The notes under the pieces: model-generated
Database searches by the model: none
The model's input: the letters and a program-made list of their open reading frames with translations, nothing else
What the model was told of the DNA's origin: nothing
Part shown: piece after piece, positions 60,844 to 64,000 of the stretch
Layout of the letters: the number at the start of each line of letters is the position of its first letter
Numbering within the stretch: position 1 is the first letter of the stretch
Program-made: the position numbers and the translations under genes
Source: Planctomycetota bacterium
GTDB taxonomy: Bacteria; Planctomycetota; PLA2; JAEUHO01
NCBI GenBank assembly: GCA_965222115.1
Contig: CBDCTJ010000003.1
Coordinates: 96,001-160,000 of the forward strand
DNA length: 64,000 nucleotides
Direction of reading: 5' to 3'

Positions 60844-61641
60844 CTATCGGTCGCTTGACGGTCCGGCCTGAAACGGTGTAAGCGCCTGGCGCAAAGGGGT
60901 ATGGAGCAATCGACCGGCAGCCACGATATTCCCGCCGAAGAGCCAATTTTCGCCCCCGGCATAGTCCGAAACTACGCCACCGGCCGCGCGAATCAGCGCG
61001 GCGCCGCCCGCCACGTCCCACGGGCTCAGGTGGAGCTCAAAGAAGCCATCCAATCGACCCGCAGCGACATAGGCGAGATCTACAGCCGCAGCCCCCATGC
61101 GACGAATGCCGCGCGCGCGCTCAATCATGTTGACCACGCTCTTGATGTTACCGTCGGCCATCTCGTTACGACGATATGCAAATCCCGTTGCGACGATCGC
61201 ATCTTCCAGTTGAGGCGTGACGCTTACTGATAACGGACGTCCATCGAGATAGGCACCGCTGCCGGGACTCCCCCAAAACGTTTCATCCATGGCGGGCAGA
61301 TGCACCACCCCCAACTCCGGTGCCCCATCCCGAACGAGCCCAATGCTCACCGCGAAGATGGGGATTCCCTGCGTGAAGTTCACCGTCCCATCGAGCGGGT
61401 CTACGATCCAGCACGGCCCACCACGATCATCCGGCCCCCCGCCTTGTTCTTCGCCAAGGATGGGAATGTCTGGTGTGGCGGCGCTGAGTTCACGCCGAAT
61501 GAGTGCTTCCGCTTGAAGATCGGCCGCCGTCACAACGTCGCGCTGTCCACGACGCTCCACTTCGCTGCGTCGCAACCGCCCGTAACGCTGCATCAGAATT
61601 TCGCCGGCACGTGTGGCCACCGATCGGGCTAAATCCAGCAT
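60844..61641 (-). CDS. suhB: Inositol monophosphatase family protein
   Basis: WIVDPLDGTVNF, RRMGAAAVDL, WDVAGG. Confidence 0.88.
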   Translation of the reverse strand: MLDLARSVATRAGEILMQRYGRLRRSEVERRGQRDVVTAADLQAEALIRRELSAATPDIPILGEEQGGGPDDRGGPCWIVDPLDGTVNFTQGIPIFAVSIGLVRDGAPELGVVHLPAMDETFWGSPGSGAYLDGRPLSVSVTPQLEDAIVATGFAYRRNEMADGNIKSVVNMIERARGIRRMGAAAVDLAYVAAGRLDGFFELHLSPWDVAGGAALIRAAGGVVSDYAGGENWLFGGNIVAAGRLLHTPLRQALTPFQAGPSSDR

Positions 61642-61670
61642 GGGGTCTCCGACACGTGCAGACGAATGCG

Positions 61671-63266
61671 TTAGCGCGTCGCGCCCGAGATGATACGCAC
61701 AACGTCGTCAATCACCCCGTGGGATGAGCCGCGCCCATTGAGGAGAATAGCAAAGGCATAGCTTGGCGCACCGTTTCCATCGGCGAAGTATCCAGCCAAG
61801 GCACGCGAACGCACATCATTGAGCGTCCCCGTCTTTGCAAACACTCGTCCGCTGACGGACTTGCCTTTGAGACGTCGTCGAAGGGTTCCGGACTTCCCCG
61901 CTACGGCCAGCGATTCGAAGAGCAGCGGGCCGCGCACCGGATCGCGTGAAAATGAAGCCAACATCTGGGCCAGCGCGCCTGCGGTGGCCTTGTTCTTTAC
62001 ACTCAGTCCCGATCCGTCGAGCATGAGCACGTCGTCATCTTCCACGGTCAAAATGCCGCGGCGAACCAACATTGCGCCCACAGCGCGCGTCCCCGATTCC
62101 CACGATCCCACACCGTCATAGGCGTGACCACAGAGCTTAAAAATCATGCTGGCGTAGAAATTGTTGCTGGACTGATTCATGATGCGTAACGCGTCGCGCA
62201 ATGACGAACGATGTCGAGCGACGGTTTGAAGGGCGCGCAAGTCGTCGGACGCCCCCACGCGACGCATCGATTCACCAATTGTGATCCCGCTCTTGCGCAA
62301 CACACGTCGAAATGCGCCGCCGAAGTACAAGCCGGGATCCGGCACGGGCACCTTAATGAACACCAACTTCTTTACGGGAACGGAACCCTGAACGCGAAAG
62401 GTCTTGCCGCCGCCTGTCCAAACGCCACCGACCACCGTCTTCGATTTCGATGACGTGGTTACGGCGTTGGCCGTGGACCAAGGACCGGACGTCGCAGGAA
62501 ACGAAACCGTGGCCTTCGCGCCCACATGTGGACCGCCGCGCACCGCGACTTCCAAACAGTTGTCATTGAGCGAGAGGCCGCCAACCGCAGCGCCGTAATA
62601 GCGCCGCTTGTCGGCTTTCGTCCACGTCGCGTGTGTAAATACCCGGTCGAAGCCACCCTCATCAAGCAGGAGCGCGCCCGTGACGCGTCGAATACCCGCG
62701 CCGCGAACCTGTTTGGCCAGCGACTGAAGGACGTAGAGATGTTTGCCCTTGTACAAGCGCCCTGAAATGTTGGGATCCCCGCCGCCACGAACAACAAGGT
62801 CGCCGTGCAACGTTCCCGTGGCCTTGTCGAAGCGCCCGCGCACATCTACGCGTGTGGTGAACTGGTACGTGGGCCCCAAATGGTCCAGTGCGGCTGCGGC
62901 GGTAAACAATTTTGATGCAGACGCGGGAACGAGCGACTTCATATGGCCATCGGCACACACCACAGCGGAACGCTCGCCGAGGGCCATCAATGCGACGCCC
63001 GAACTGTTTGCGCGAACGCCTGCTTTCTTCAAGCGCGCACGGATCCGTCTCGCCAGGGCCGGATTGAGCGCCGACGTTCTGGCATGGGCTGTACGCAGAG
63101 TGCCCTGACCCGTGACCTTGAAGCCGAGAGGGAGGGAGCCGAGCAGGAGTGCAAGCGTGCCAAGCAAAAGCGCGCAGAGCCCCAAACGGCGGCGGGGCGG
63201 TCGGGAGTGGTCAAAGGGGCGTCGCACCAGGCGACAATGTACCCGCTCAACAAAAATGCCCATCAA
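61671..63266 (-). CDS. dacB: D-Ala-D-Ala carboxypeptidase/endopeptidase PBP4
   Basis: PASASK (SxxK), SNN, DGSGLS, KTG; exact start uncertain. Confidence 0.9.
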   Translation of the reverse strand: MMGIFVERVHCRLVRRPFDHSRPPRRRLGLCALLLGTLALLLGSLPLGFKVTGQGTLRTAHARTSALNPALARRIRARLKKAGVRANSSGVALMALGERSAVVCADGHMKSLVPASASKLFTAAAALDHLGPTYQFTTRVDVRGRFDKATGTLHGDLVVRGGGDPNISGRLYKGKHLYVLQSLAKQVRGAGIRRVTGALLLDEGGFDRVFTHATWTKADKRRYYGAAVGGLSLNDNCLEVAVRGGPHVGAKATVSFPATSGPWSTANAVTTSSKSKTVVGGVWTGGGKTFRVQGSVPVKKLVFIKVPVPDPGLYFGGAFRRVLRKSGITIGESMRRVGASDDLRALQTVARHRSSLRDALRIMNQSSNNFYASMIFKLCGHAYDGVGSWESGTRAVGAMLVRRGILTVEDDDVLMLDGSGLSVKNKATAGALAQMLASFSRDPVRGPLLFESLAVAGKSGTLRRRLKGKSVSGRVFAKTGTLNDVRSRALAGYFADGNGAPSYAFAILLNGRGSSHGVIDDVVRIISGATR

Positions 63267-64000
63267 CGATATGTTGCGGCGCTAGACGTAAAGGAAATGT
63301 CACGACCGTCAAAGATGACCACCGAGCCGTGGGGATTCCAGTCCTTCAGCACATAGACGACCTTGGCGTGGCCCTCGCTCTCCAAGCGGTGCGTAACGCC
63401 AGTGTGAACATGTCCAGCGACGAGCACGTGGGCCCCCGCGTGATCCATCCACGACCTGGCGGCGTCGTAGTTGATCCCCATACTCACTTTGGGCTTTCTT
63501 GAGACGGCGCGTCGTGATATGCGTCGCATGACCCCCGCCATGGCGCGCAAGAGTGCCCCGGGGATCAAGCGCATGGTAAAGCGCGCGCCGCGCGAGCGAA
63601 TGAATCGCCGCCAGCGTTGATACGACACGTCGGCCGTGCACAGTAGGTCACCGTGCGTCAGCAGCACCCGTTGCGATCCCCACATCGTTGACACCACATC
63701 GGGCCAGTGCTCCAAGGGGACGCCATCGAGTTTGCGCAGCAAAAAGTCGCGATTTCCAGGCTGAAAGACTATGCGCGTGCCCTCGTCGGCCAACGTCTTC
63801 AACCGCTTGATCACGCCAGTGATCTCCGATGAAGGATGACGAGGCATGCCCACCCAGTAGTCAAAGAGATCACCGAGCAAGATCAGAGTCCCTCCCATGC
63901 CTCGACGGGATTCCAACCAACCGAAAAACGCGTCGGTGATATCGGGGCGCTGCGCCGACAGATGTACATCCCCCACTACAACGATCGGCGTGGGAAGCGG
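63263..64000 (-). CDS. lpxH: UDP-2,3-diacylglucosamine hydrolase, 5' truncated by window
   Basis: GDVHL, LGDLFDYWVG, GNRDFL, THGDLL, GHVH; frame open to window edge. Confidence 0.85.
   Translation of the reverse strand, partial: PLPTPIVVVGDVHLSAQRPDITDAFFGWLESRRGMGGTLILLGDLFDYWVGMPRHPSSEITGVIKRLKTLADEGTRIVFQPGNRDFLLRKLDGVPLEHWPDVVSTMWGSQRVLLTHGDLLCTADVSYQRWRRFIRSRGARFTMRLIPGALLRAMAGVMRRISRRAVSRKPKVSMGINYDAARSWMDHAGAHVLVAGHVHTGVTHRLESEGHAKVVYVLKDWNPHGSVVIFDGRDISFTSSAATYR

Noticed and set aside
1-64000. Genome-wide stop codon reassignment (TGA=Trp/Gly or TAG recoded)
   Set aside because: Many conserved genes end correctly at TGA (fabG, acpS, KS2) and TAG (floA, rplC, sdhA); read-through is site-specific

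Overview
GC-rich bacterial chromosomal segment. The gene content (Cna/carboxypeptidase-regulatory repeat proteins, TPR-CHAT, NfeD-FloA, lpxH, lolCDE-like) fits a Gram-negative, possibly Planctomycetota-like organism, but this is inference only. Housekeeping genes include sdhCAB, htpG, aqpZ, dacB, lpxH, suhB, XPB helicase and an isolated rplC. The main signal missed by the ORF track is three separate genes split by an in-frame TGA, each followed by a SECIS-like hairpin, which I call candidate selenoproteins: a TlpA/redoxin with UKPC (23769-24755), a small membrane protein (24768-25130) and a thioredoxin-like lipoprotein with UGKC (53085-53609). The first two lie directly downstream of a self-contained type II FAS/PKS-like cluster (15445-23696). 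That cluster has two KS plus two CLF-like subunits, two dehydratases, KR, ER, AcpS and an unusual ACP fused to a Zn ribbon. Also present are a 240-bp MITE with 17-bp TIRs and a CTAG target duplication, a signal-peptide TPR-PDZ-CHAT caspase-like gene interrupted by a single TAG, a frameshifted CLF gene and REP-like palindrome clusters. No tRNA, rRNA, CRISPR array or sel genes were recognised.
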